Source: Zancudomyces culisetae HAW-14-8
Taxonomy: Eukaryota > Fungi > Kickxellomycota
Assembly: GCA_052426225.1 (NCBI GenBank)
Contig: JBNJNM010000011.1
Coordinates: 5,175,358-5,239,357, forward strand
DNA length: 64,000 nt
Reading direction: 5' to 3'
The position numbers and the translations under genes are program-made. Under the pieces are notes generated by a model, which saw only the letters and a list, made by a program, of their open reading frames with translations, did not search any database and was not told the DNA's origin. This document shows, in pieces, positions 63,918 through 64,000 of this stretch (position 1 is the first letter of the stretch; every line of letters starts with the position of its first letter).

Positions 63918-64000
63918 GGTTAGGGTTAGGGTTAGGGTTAGGGTTAGGGTTAGGGTTAGGGTGTAGGGTTAGGGGTTAGGGGTTAGGGTTAGGGTTAGGA
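62469..64000 (+). repeat. Telomere: variant AACGGG/ATAGGG repeats, then (TTAGGG)n
   Basis: Mixed variants at 62469-62525, then 9x ATAGGG, 1x TTAGGG, 8x ATAGGG, and about 227 TTAGGG units from 62634 to the end. Confidence 0.99.

Noticed and set aside
63776-64000. Distal telomere variants (TTAGGGG, TTTGGG)
   Set aside because: Probably low-coverage consensus errors at the contig end.

Overview
This window is the right end of an AT-rich fungal chromosome. An early-diverging fungus, possibly a Kickxellomycotina/Harpellales gut fungus, is my inference from gene content and style and is not verified. Four zones run left to right. (1) 1-16 kb holds ordinary genes: a spliced stand-alone Frag1/PGAP2 (CWH43 N-terminal) gene, a 4-exon hypothetical gene that needs a GC-AG intron, a divergent cytochrome P450, a HIRA pseudogene fragment and a Fungal_trans-domain protein. 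(2) 18-43 kb is a secreted-protein island: five paralogous Cys-rich proteins with a probable beta/gamma-crystallin (MiAMP1/killer-toxin-like) fold, one of them a pseudogene, plus an AA11-like LPMO and a His/Arg-(GAV)n protein. (3) 29-62 kb holds nested transposons: ORF-carrying LTRs, a DIRS element, a Tc1 relic, one intact and one decayed self-priming Ty3/gypsy chromovirus, and a Penelope-like element into which both chromoviruses inserted. (4) The telomere has variant repeats grading into (TTAGGG)n. The most notable signals are a ~270-nt tRNA-headed, UUCG-hairpin Pol III RNA unit carried antisense in the intact retrotransposon's 3' UTR, the secreted crystallin-fold family, and the endonuclease-less Penelope element apparently capped directly by the telomere. 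All calls come from reading and motif recognition; no searches were run.
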